Shown piece after piece: positions 30,054 to 40,906 of a DNA stretch of 64,000 nucleotides (the first letter of the stretch is position 1; each line of letters begins with the position of its first letter). A program made the translations under genes and the position numbers. Below the pieces are notes generated by a model. The model did not search any database, was not told the origin of the DNA, and worked only from the letters and a program-made list of their open reading frames with translations. Location of the stretch: assembly GCA_001643675.2 (NCBI GenBank), contig LSRY02000024.1, positions 930,001-994,000 on the forward strand, in the 5' to 3' direction. This DNA is from Monocercomonoides exilis PA203. Taxonomy: Eukaryota; Protista; Preaxostyla.

Positions 30054-33000
30054 TCATGCCACTGTCAAGCCATCAACACTTGTCCCTTCATCACTCATTT
30101 CTGTTGTTTCTTCCTGATCAATTGCATCTGATATTGTCACCATCACTGCTCCTCCAGGAAACCGCTCGATGAATTCTCGCTTCAGCCCTGTCAATTCCAG
30201 TCTGTCCTCTGGCTGGCCTGACAGGCAAGCCCGAATAATTTCAAAGAATTCCGATTCCTCCACACCACATATATCGGGTCTTTCATGATTCGCGATCTTC
30301 TGCCCCGCCACCTCTGCTGCATACTCCCCAAACGGAATCTCTACCGTCAAGCACCCCCACAGCATCATCCCAATCGAAAATGCCACTGACTCCTTTGTTG
30401 CTCTCATCTTCTTGTTCATCTGCAGCTCAGGCGCCTTCCACCTCAGACACTCTTTTTTGAATTCATCCTCTTCCTCGAACGCTGATGAAGGCAGAGAGTC
30501 ACTTTCATCACTTGCTGATGTTACAACAGTTGATGAAGAGTCGGATGAAGAATCAGAATCCTCAGATGAAAGGAAATCAGAATGCATCACAATGCAGATC
30601 ACCATGTGTTCCGAGAACAGCACAATATGAGGACTCAGACTGGCCAAAGAGGGAAGATCATCTTCCTCATCTTCAAACGAGTGCAGTGCTCCATTCGCCA
30701 CCCAGAATAACACCTGAGCTGCTGTTTGCTCCCTTTCTTTCAAACTGCCTATTGCCATCTCCTTTTTCTCATTCCTTCCGTGAAGCAACATGAACAGCGA
30801 ATCTCTCAAGTCCACAATTAGCTTCTCATGAGGACATGAGCAGGCCATTGCATCCACCAGATTCGACATCGATGAAGTTGTGAGACACAGACTCTCTGAT
30901 CGAACAAAAGTGGATTCTGTGTCTGAAGTGTCTGTGGTTGAGGTGGATGAAACAGATGGCGAAGGTGTTCGTTTTCTTGTCTCTTCTTCCTCAACCTTTT
31001 CCAATGCCCATTCAGGGATCTTGTATGAATCTTTCCCCAGGATATATTCAGTGGAGCCACATTCACTCAACAAATGCTCTGACGACTCCGAGTGTCCCAA
31101 GCTTTTCTCGTACACCCTCTTCTTGATCCTCTCTTCATTCTTCTTCTCCGCTTCTCTCTCTGCCCTCCTCCACTGCTCCTCTGGTGACGTCTCCATTGTC
31201 ACCATCTCAAATGCCTTTGGATCTTTTCTGATATTATCATTCACAATCTCTCTCAAATCTTTGTTTTCATTCTTAGCTTTTCTCCATCTGATTGCCAGAA
31301 CAATTGAAACAATGAGAACAATCAAAAACATCACAACGAGTACAATCACAATCAACAACCAATAAGATTTCCCTTCTTTTCCTCCTTCAACCATTTTATC
31401 ATTTCCAGTCTTTGGTTCTGTTTTGTTCTTCAGAATCTGTGGAGAAGTCTCTGCCAATTGCTTTCCAAACAAAATCACCACTGACACCTCCGTCTCATCC
31501 GCAACCGTTGTTATCTTGTCTGAAGGAATCGTGCCTATCACTTCTGTTTCTGACACAAAACTGCTTTCCTCAAATTCATATGTCTCAACCAATTCTACAT
31601 CCCCTGTGTTATACTCAAGCCTGAACGATAGATCACAAGGAAGAAGAAGTGAACCCTTGAATTTCAATTCAATGTTGCTTCCACTTTCATTCACAGAAAC
31701 TTCTTCCAGTCTGGGAATGAACAAAGGCGATGATCTTTCACCTGCAATTCCACCGAGTGTGCATCCATCATTCAAAATCCAAAGCGAAGAATTGTCTTTC
31801 AACCCATCTCCTCCTTTCAAGCTCGAAATGGTCAGTGAAGCAGAATCTGAACAAATAATATTCTGACGAAGAGAAGGATATTTTTCAACGAAAGGATTGT
31901 TATTTGCCAGCATTCCCATCTCGATTACAGTCTTTCCTCCTTTTATCGATATTCCTCCTTTCGATGAATTCTCTATTTTAATTTCAACCATCTGTAAATC
32001 GGAGTTTTCAGAATGGACAAGCGATCCATTCCATTCACATATTTCTTCAAATGCGTTATCATTCCCGCTTTCACTTTCTTTGGCAACCATTCCTGAAAAT
32101 TGGCACAAGTTCATTGAAACATTCCTCAGTTCATTAACATCAATAATGCCTCCTTTGTCAGACAGAGAATTGCAGCTTTCACAAGAACAATTTGAAAGAA
32201 CGATTTCAGCAGAAGATGAAGAAGCAGAGAGAACAGAAGCTCCTTCCGAATTCCTCGAGCAGTTCTTGAATGAGGCGCTTCCAATAGAAATTGCTCCTGA
32301 GGTTGAGCTGTTAATACCAATGATACAGCCTTCTGACAGCTTCACTCCATCTGCACATGCTCCATTAAACACAACACCTCCACATTGCCCAAGCTCAAAA
32401 ACATTTGCCATTGATTCAATCTGTTCTAGTTTCACATTCGTCAACGAAATCTCATCTCCACTCAACAGAAATGAAGGCTTCTTGAATGAAAGGAGTGACA
32501 CTGAGCAGTTGTCAATGTGAAGAATTCCACTTTCAATGCTCAGCAATGATGAATTCAGAACAACAGCTTCAATACCATTTGACTCTCCAATTGAAGAAAA
32601 ATCAACAAATGAAAGAGAAAGTTGTCCGTTTGCTTCATGAATGATTGAACTGCCTGAATACGAAAACAACTGACCAACGCTGAACTTCAATCTTTCAATC
32701 CTAACGTTTCCCGATGTCCTGATAAGACTGCCCTCATCACCAATTGTTGAGTTCAGATACACAAAGGCAACTGAAGGAGATTTTAATGAGCGAATGATCA
32801 CATCACGAGCATCACATCCCCTATTGATTACCGATTCCTCTGAGATCAGTAGCTGTGAGTATGATGAAGGAATAATGTGCTGAACACCCGCATTCAATGA
32901 ACGACAAGGCGCGCTGAACTCTCCACATCGCTTGCTGTCTCCATGATTGTTTGCAACTGAAGACACAAATATCGTCTCACTCTGGTATCTCATAACCCTC

Positions 33001-36000
33001 AGCAGAAGATCTTCTTCATCCACAAACGAGTCTGTTGTGCAGCCCCACATCGCCAGCTCTTTCGCAAATGGTGCTCTGAAATCCAGCAAGAATTGCCCTT
33101 CAACTATTTGTGCATCAATTGAGTGGCATCGAATATACACGTCTCTCCCCCTCAATGCAGAGTTATCTACGAACGTGATATTTGACAGCACAAAATTCAG
33201 AGGCTGCTCGGCTGTCGAGGTGCATTCCAGAAACAGCCACCCGCCTCTTCCTGTGGTTGAGCAGAAGCACTCAGAAATCGTGCAAAATAAGCAGTCGAAG
33301 CTTCCTCCTTCATTCAACATGCAAAACATCCCTCCTCCCTTTCCACACCTCGTTCCCCCACATTTCTTCATCGTTGTGTTTCGTATCACCATTTTCAAAG
33401 GCTCTTCATCATTGTCATGTCGAATGATGGGAATATCATCTGTTGTGTTCTGGGTGACTTCTTCAAACAAACTCCACTCAATAACAACATCTTGTTCAAT
33501 TTCATTGTTTTCTCTTCTTGAACTCTTTGTTATGCTCAATCCGCTTGCCCCATCCAGCTCAACATTCTTCATCGTCAGGTTTTTTATCCTCAAAATCGTT
33601 GTTGGCTGCACAGAAATAACATCTTTTGAAAAGCAAAGTGATTGCATTGTCACTAATTCCAACACAACTGTCCCTCCTTCTGCCTTGATAAGCCCATAAT
33701 GAGTCACTTCTTCTCTGTCATCTCCTTTCTTGGTGAATGAGCAGTCTTTCAGAGTCAGCAGTCCTTCACTTGATCCAATATGCAACAAAACATTGACTCC
33801 ACTTGTGAATGACAATGGAACAACGAAGCTTATCAGTTCGAAATTGGTAATACCCTGAATCTTCATTGCCATTCCTTCTGCTCCTTCAAGTGAAGAGTTA
33901 CATTCCAAAGAGCAAATGCTGCTGCTATCCTTCGATTTTATTGAAGCTCCACTCACATCAACACTTTTCCGAAGATATCCTTTTCCAATGATGCTGACAT
34001 TCCTTTCATTTCCTTCTGACAATCTCATTAACGAATAGTCAATTGACAAGCAAGGATAATCTGAGAATCCACAGGCGTGCATATCTCTTCCTTCGCTCCC
34101 AATAAATATCTCTGAGCCGAGTGAGAGCCAGAAATAAATCAGCGGAATGGCATTCGTTGTGTCATTTCCATCAAAGCCTCTCAGGGAATTCAATGAAATA
34201 TCAGACAGATTCTCAGTCACAAATGGAAGAGAAGTGTTTGTGAGACTCTTTGTCAAATTCGATGATTCAACAAACACATCATTTCCATATTTCGCAACAT
34301 TTGGCTTGTCTGCATCAAAAACAGGGGACGAGATCACAAACGAAGAATCGTCATCAATCAACTTCAGCGCCAGCCCTCCCCCAAAGCCAGTCTTCTCTTC
34401 TCCAGCTGGTGCTGCGCATCCTGTGAATGTGCACGAAACAATATTCAATTGAGTATTCCCTTTCAACTGAGCATTTAAAGCCCCTCCTCTGCTTTCATCA
34501 GCCATCACAGAGCATCCATCAAAATCACATTCTTCAATATTTATTTCTGCATTTGAATTTTCATCATGGCCGTTGTCAAAGCTCACACAGCCTCCACTTC
34601 CAGCTGCCCTTTCGATTTCTGTAAAATTGCTGTTCGTCATGTTCAGCCAGGGAGTATTCATAAACTCTGCCTCTGTGCTGCTTCCTGACAAAGAGATCAA
34701 TGGACTTCCACTCAAAGCGATTGATGAAGCTGAGAATTTGTCGATTATCAGGATCCCTGACTCAACTGACAAGAACAGAAATGTCAATTCTGATGAAGGA
34801 TCTTGAAGAGTTAAAGAACATTGAGACAAAGTCAGTGATGAAGAAGAAGAAGAAATGAAAGTTGAGCGCGATGAAAGAGAAGATGGAAGAGAGAAGATGA
34901 GTTTTGATAATTCTGTTTCAAAACTTGCTGTTGTCATTGCTGAGTTTAATGGTGAGCTGGCATCAGACACAGTCCAACCACTTTGATCATCATTTCCTCT
35001 GATCTCATGCTTCTGTTCAGCAAAGGTCAATTCATCGTTCATCAAAATCATTCCACTCACAACAACTTTTCTTTGTTTCTGTTTGACGTGTGAGTGAGTG
35101 CTTCATTGTCAAACAAGGGAATTGGACGATTCCACAATGTGAGTGATCGGATGCCTCAGTATTACTCACATATATTTCTTCTGGGGTTGGAAGGAGATAG
35201 ATGCACAGAGGAATAGCGACGCTCGTATTTCCATTGTCATATCCTCGCACTTTGTCAACAGAATCTGATGATGAGGTTACACATGCAATTTTTCTTGAAG
35301 TTGCAGTTTCTTCCAGATTGGGCGATAAGACGAAGATGTCTCTTCCCCATTTGGCCGTGTTTGTGCCAAAGGAAGAAGAAATCAAGAAATCTGGATTTTC
35401 ATTCAATAATCGAAGAAGAATTCCTCCACCTAGTCCGTACGATGCAGAGCAATAGCACCCATCAAAAGCTCCATCTTTCACCTTCACTTCATTCTCATTC
35501 CCTGCACACAGCATCATCGAGCCTCCATCAGCTGATGTTGTGCTTCCACATCCTTCAAATGTGCATAAATTCAGATCGATATTCGCCTTGTCATTCGAAA
35601 ACGACATCACTGCTGCTCCGCTTGTTGTCCTTTCAATTCCATCAAAGGAACATACTAAAAGTGTCAAGGAAATCTCATTTGTCGAAGAAAGCGAAAACAA
35701 TGAATTTCTGGAAATCATCTTTGCCCAGTTCACATGTCCCATCTGAAACATCCCACTCTGAACATTTATCAGTTCTATCGAAAATGCTGTTTCTGTTGAT
35801 TGTTCGCTCCCAAAAGATATATTCAATCTTCTTATTGATATTTCCCCTGCTCCACTTATCTCAAACAGCCTTGACCCACGGTTATTCGGATGAGACGAGT
35901 CATGCACAAGAACAAAGTCTCTGGCAGTCAATGTGCCTGTTGAGACTGAAAAAAGAGATAACCCAGCTGCATCTAATTCTGTTTGCATTGTTGTGCTCAT

Positions 36001-37794
36001 ATCGCTTTGACCGTAAATTGCATAAGTGTTGACTCCACAATCAAATCTATTTGTTTCAATTGTTGTTCCGCTGAATATCTCCACATCAGTTACAATGCCT
36101 GGAATTAGCTGAGTAAGACAACGACTGATCGTGCTGCATGCATGAGATTCATCCAGCCCACATGCATATGTGTCTTTAGCATTGGGCTCTGTTTGGGCTG
36201 ATGAGACATATCTGGTTCTTCCAAAATCGTTTCGAAGCCATTCACTTTTATCAGCAATTGAATCATAATCCGTGCTGACTCTATTTGATGTTTGTCTCGT
36301 CGAATAGCAGCTTAGGTCAATATTATTAGATGTTGAATCATGAAGGACAATATCGTGCCCTCCTTTCACGCAGGTATTATTGTGAAAAAAACAAAAATAA
36401 AACAAAATTCCATTATTATTCGTATTGATTTGTTGAAATACAGCACCTCCTCCACACATTGCAAAGCAATGACAAAATAAACAATTTGAAATGACAACTT
36501 TATCAGAAGGAACCCAATGAAGAATTGCTCCTCCTACACTATGTTCAGAACTATTGCATCGACAGTTATCAAAAAACGAATTAACAACGCACATTTTCTG
36601 TCTTTGAGTTTTTGTTTGATAAAGTGTAAATGCTCCTCCATCTTCATTAGATAAACAATTATAAAATAAACAATCGTTGACAACTGGTTGTGTATAAACA
36701 TTATCAAACATTATTCCTCCACTTCCACAGGAAGATATTGCTGCGGCATTGCATTCGACAAATGAAGAATGGAGCACAACACATTCTGCAATTTTCAATG
36801 CATATATTCCTCCTCCATTTGTGGAAGAAGCGTTGCATCTTGTGAATGAAGAATTTTCAACAGTCAGAATAGCATTTGCATTTTCATGAACATAAAGAGC
36901 ACCTCCTTGTGGTGCTGCGCAATCACTCCATTCACACAATGAAAAGGATTGACTTTCTGTTGTGTCTATTCGTTGTTTTCTTTCAAGTTCATTCGCCTCT
37001 CTTTTCCCAAAGTGTGAAGAAATATTTTTGCAAACAAACTCTTGTGAAGAAAAAGCTCCACTTGAAATCCCTCCTTCAAAGATATTCACACAAGAATAAA
37101 TGAGGCAGTTCTCCATCGAACTTCGAAAACACGAATGCTCCATCAGATAATCACTGCTTTTGAATGACTTCACAGAAATGTTCCTGAAGGCGCAGTCATT
37201 GATCTGTTCGTTTTTGCTCTTTCCTGAAACAAGAAAATAGTCCGAAGATGAGACAGCCAAATCTGCCATGATGCAATTTCTCAAAATGGCTGAATTGGGA
37301 CCATCAGATGAAAATACGAGACTGGAAGGGTTCAAATTCTTTTGGGGGATCAAAGTCATGTTTGTGAGGCAGATTGACCCACTTTGTAAATGAAACGGAG
37401 ATGCAGATTTTTGGCGTGAAATGCAGGAATCCATCATTATGCTTGATTTGCCTGTAATAAGAACAAATGGCGAGGAAGAATATTCAAGTGCCACATTTTT
37501 CAGTCCAACCGAAGAATTGAAAAATCCAAAAAATGTATTTATTGATGAAGATGCGCCGCTCTGCCACCTTATTCCCCAAAGATAAAGGTTAAGCTTGAGT
37601 TCATTAGCTTCTGTGTTTTTCGCAAGGAAATGTTCGTCTTCTATTCTGTTCCCATTCAAACAGGCTTGGAAATATTGGAAGCGCGAATCCGCGCTTGTGC
37701 CTTGATTTTCAAGCGAAGCAATCTGTGCGGCCTGTTTTCCTTCGATTTTCTCGGCTATGTACAAGCATGCAAAAAGAAACAAATGCACGCTCAT
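30054..37794 (-). CDS. Copy B of giant single-pass receptor-like protein (~2579 aa if one frameshift is corrected): beta-helix/Cys-repeat ectodomain, TM helix, degenerate kinase C-lobe
   Basis: ORFs 35032..37794 and 30054..35060 join on removing one T from T4 at 35067-35070 (T3 in copy A, 1545-1547, reading TKKVVVSGM). GGA(L/I)Y repeats, CG..PC(L/R)(S/T) repeats, TM YWLLIVIVLVVMFLIVLIVSIVLAIRWRK, and kinase-like LRWKAPEL..SVAFSIGMMLWGCLTVEIPF..RACLSGQPEDR. Confidence 0.85.
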
Positions 37795-38056
37795 CCAGAA
37801 TATATGTAAATTTTTATTGTTTGTAAAAAGTTATATCTATCAGAGATCTGAAGTACAAATTTTTCAGTTGGTATTTCTATGAAATGTTTAGGCAATTTAT
37901 TGTTTGTGTTGAACACTTTTTTCTTTTTGATGTCTGAAGTTTCCATTTTTATTAAGTGAAAGGAAAAACTTTTTTCGAAGAAAAGTGATTCAATTATCGA
38001 AATGTTCGATTTTTAATTATTATTTTTTAAAATATGACAAAACAAAAAAATCAATT
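33523..38056. repeat. Direct segmental duplication, copy B (partner 1-4532; probably extends further left)
   Basis: See copy A. The left limit is set only by the window edge. Confidence 0.97.
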
Positions 38057-38506
38057 CACAAAATAAGAAAAACTTATTTTTCTTTCGTTTTTTTCTTTTA
38101 TTCTTTCCTTTCTTTTGTTTGTTTGTTTGTTTGTTTAAAGTTCATGTTTTATTTCAATGTGGATCACATCTGCTATATTCATTGAATTATTTATTTATTT
38201 ATTTTTCAAAAAGAAATATCCATTATACATCTAATGAAGGATCGCTAATGTTTAAATGATTATACTCATTTGCATAAACCAAAATATTGAAATAAATCGT
38301 ACAACTAAGGTTCATTAAAAATAATTGTCAAACAAAATCACTATTCAAAACTAAAAATAATAAATTCCTCAAACAACAAGGAGTGTTTCGACAATGCAAT
38401 ATTTCCCCTAAAATGCTGCTTCAACTCCTTCGACACAAGCAGCATTTTCCAATGCATTCAGATGCAACTATCTGCATTCTTGCTCAAAGTGCTTTTGTTC
38501 CTTTCC

Positions 38507-40357
38507 TTAACAGATTCGTGTTCTAACAATTGGCTTGAGTGCCTCAAAAAGGTCGTACAGCCCCTCAGATTCACACTTACACCTGATGAAAGCAAGATCA
38601 TCGTAAAGTTTCAGTTCTCTTTGCCGATTCTTCTCTAACAAAGCACCAAATCCTGCTATTGCTTTTGCCTCATATTTTTCTCTTCGGACTTTCTCGCTCA
38701 AAGATTCATCTTCTTTTTCTTTGAATGGAGGATTCCAAACCGAATGACTATCAGACGAGCTTCGTGTTCTGTTTTCTTCCACTTTTTTGCTTTTCGTCAT
38801 TCTCCTCCCTGATGCCACACCACTCCGAGGGCGCCTGTTGATAGCAGTTACAGCCGATCGCTTTTCAATCAATGAGTTCACATATTCAATCTCTTGCTTC
38901 ATTTGCTGACGGTCATACTTGTCTTTTGTACCTCCGTTTCTTAGGAGCAATTGAAACGCTGTTCCTGCAAGCCCCGCAGCCACCTTTGGGCTGAGCATCA
39001 ACCTCATTCCTGAACCAACTTGCCCCAAGCCCATCATGCATATGATGTCATTCAGCATGCCATTTTCCACATGCTTTCGAGTGTCTTCCGCCTTGTCTGT
39101 TATGAAATCTGCTCCTGAAATATAAATATTATTTGCTATTGAGATGATTTTTTGAAGCCATGATGGCTTGTCAAGGGATCCGCTGACACTAACAACCTCA
39201 AAAATAGCAGAGTGCATCCTTTCTGATTGCATACTCATAATTTCTCTCTGCGTCTGATTGCGAATATATCCACCAGAATATGACGATAACCAATTCTTCA
39301 CTTCGTATACAACAAACGCCTCCTTTTCTTCGGTAATCATTTCGCTTTCAATCATTTCATCTTCTAATCTCGAAGAGTCGTCTGGAGCTAACTTATCCAT
39401 CCGCTTCTGATAATCGCTGTTGCTAACCTCAGCTCCTCTGCTTTTGCGCTGCTTTCTCCTCATTCGTTCCACATAATGACGGCACACAAGCGCAAGAGCA
39501 CGGAATGCATATCGCACTGTATCTTGTAATTCGTAAACAGGAAGAGGAGACAAGCTATAATGACCCTCAATTCCCTTCTTTCCAGTCCATTTTTGTACCA
39601 TTATAGATAAACAAACTGGATCGTTTTCATAGTTTTTTATAGGAACATTCGCAGACTTCGCCTCTTTTTCTTTGCTGATCCGATAATCACTCAGATAATC
39701 TGACATATAAAATGCAATAAATGCATTTTGCCTTCTTGCTGTGGCACTTTCGCTTCCTGCAAGTCTTAATTCGTGATAGACAACTTTGTTATACGCATCT
39801 GCGACGTACTGAGTCCAACGGCGCTGATCACTGATGCACAAATATCCTATAGCTGCTGCAACTCTTGTTGACTGTGCGCAAATGATTTCCGTTGATGTTG
39901 CATATTTCCATAGTTCCCCTTTCAGTTTTGCTTCACTTAATATGGTATAAAGACCTTTATAAGTATCACAATTTGGTTGAATAGCATTTCTCAAGCATAG
40001 ACGACCAATTATGTACACAATTTCTTCTCTTGAAGGGGATCCTAGTGGAAACGAACGATAATTATCAGCAAGATTCTCTATCACACTTTTTGAAAGCACG
40101 AGTTTCAATTCCGAAAAGGAAATTGTTTCAACAGATGTGTGCAAGGAATGCAAAAAAGAAGAAGAAATGGATGCAAAGCTCGATCGCTCCTTTACAATCG
40201 AAAGAGTCTTTTCATTTTGTTGATTTGTTTTTTCTTGACTCTTTTTTTCTGTTGAGCAATGCTTTGCTACAATATCCCTTTTGTTTACAGTAACATCCAT
40301 CATACGTTGCTTTCTTGAAATTACTGAAGTTCTGGTGCTTGGCCGTGAAACGTGCAT
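38507..40357 (-). CDS. Hypothetical protein, 616 aa, likely alpha-helical
   Basis: Long uninterrupted ORF with normal composition, flanked by AT-rich intergenic DNA. No motif recognised. Confidence 0.8.
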   Translation of the reverse strand: MHVSRPSTRTSVISRKQRMMDVTVNKRDIVAKHCSTEKKSQEKTNQQNEKTLSIVKERSSFASISSSFLHSLHTSVETISFSELKLVLSKSVIENLADNYRSFPLGSPSREEIVYIIGRLCLRNAIQPNCDTYKGLYTILSEAKLKGELWKYATSTEIICAQSTRVAAAIGYLCISDQRRWTQYVADAYNKVVYHELRLAGSESATARRQNAFIAFYMSDYLSDYRISKEKEAKSANVPIKNYENDPVCLSIMVQKWTGKKGIEGHYSLSPLPVYELQDTVRYAFRALALVCRHYVERMRRKQRKSRGAEVSNSDYQKRMDKLAPDDSSRLEDEMIESEMITEEKEAFVVYEVKNWLSSYSGGYIRNQTQREIMSMQSERMHSAIFEVVSVSGSLDKPSWLQKIISIANNIYISGADFITDKAEDTRKHVENGMLNDIICMMGLGQVGSGMRLMLSPKVAAGLAGTAFQLLLRNGGTKDKYDRQQMKQEIEYVNSLIEKRSAVTAINRRPRSGVASGRRMTKSKKVEENRTRSSSDSHSVWNPPFKEKEDESLSEKVRREKYEAKAIAGFGALLEKNRQRELKLYDDLAFIRCKCESEGLYDLFEALKPIVRTRIC

Positions 40358-40906
40358 GAATCAATTTTTGTTTATCAATATTAATAAATTATATTATGGT
40401 GTGTTAAATTGGTAAATGATTTTTTATAAAGCTTTATCTTTTTTCTATTCTAAAAAAAGAATGACAACAAAAATGACAGACAAACGCTAATGAGCTTAAA
40501 AGGTGAAGTTGAAATTGGCCTTTTGTGAAACGAAATTAAATAAAAAATAAAAGATAGTTATATACTTTAATATGTATTGAATGCTAAAAAAAATTAATAA
40601 TTAATAAAGAATAAGCTCTTTCGAGTAATTAAAAATATTCCTTATTTGTATTTGCAAAAGTTCACAATAAAAAAATGATTTCGAAATATAAATATCCGCT
40701 TATCTCAAAAATGTAAATTTTATATTTTCTGAAAAACAAATAAGATGAATTGCCAACAAGAATAAAATAATCAGTAAATATGAAACATAATAAAGATTTA
40801 ATATATTTTCTGTTTAATAATCGTTCTTACAAAGTTTCAATGCCCATAGTTATAGTCATCGAAACAAGTTGGACGATTAAACACTCAAAACAAAAAGTGA
40901 ATTAAT

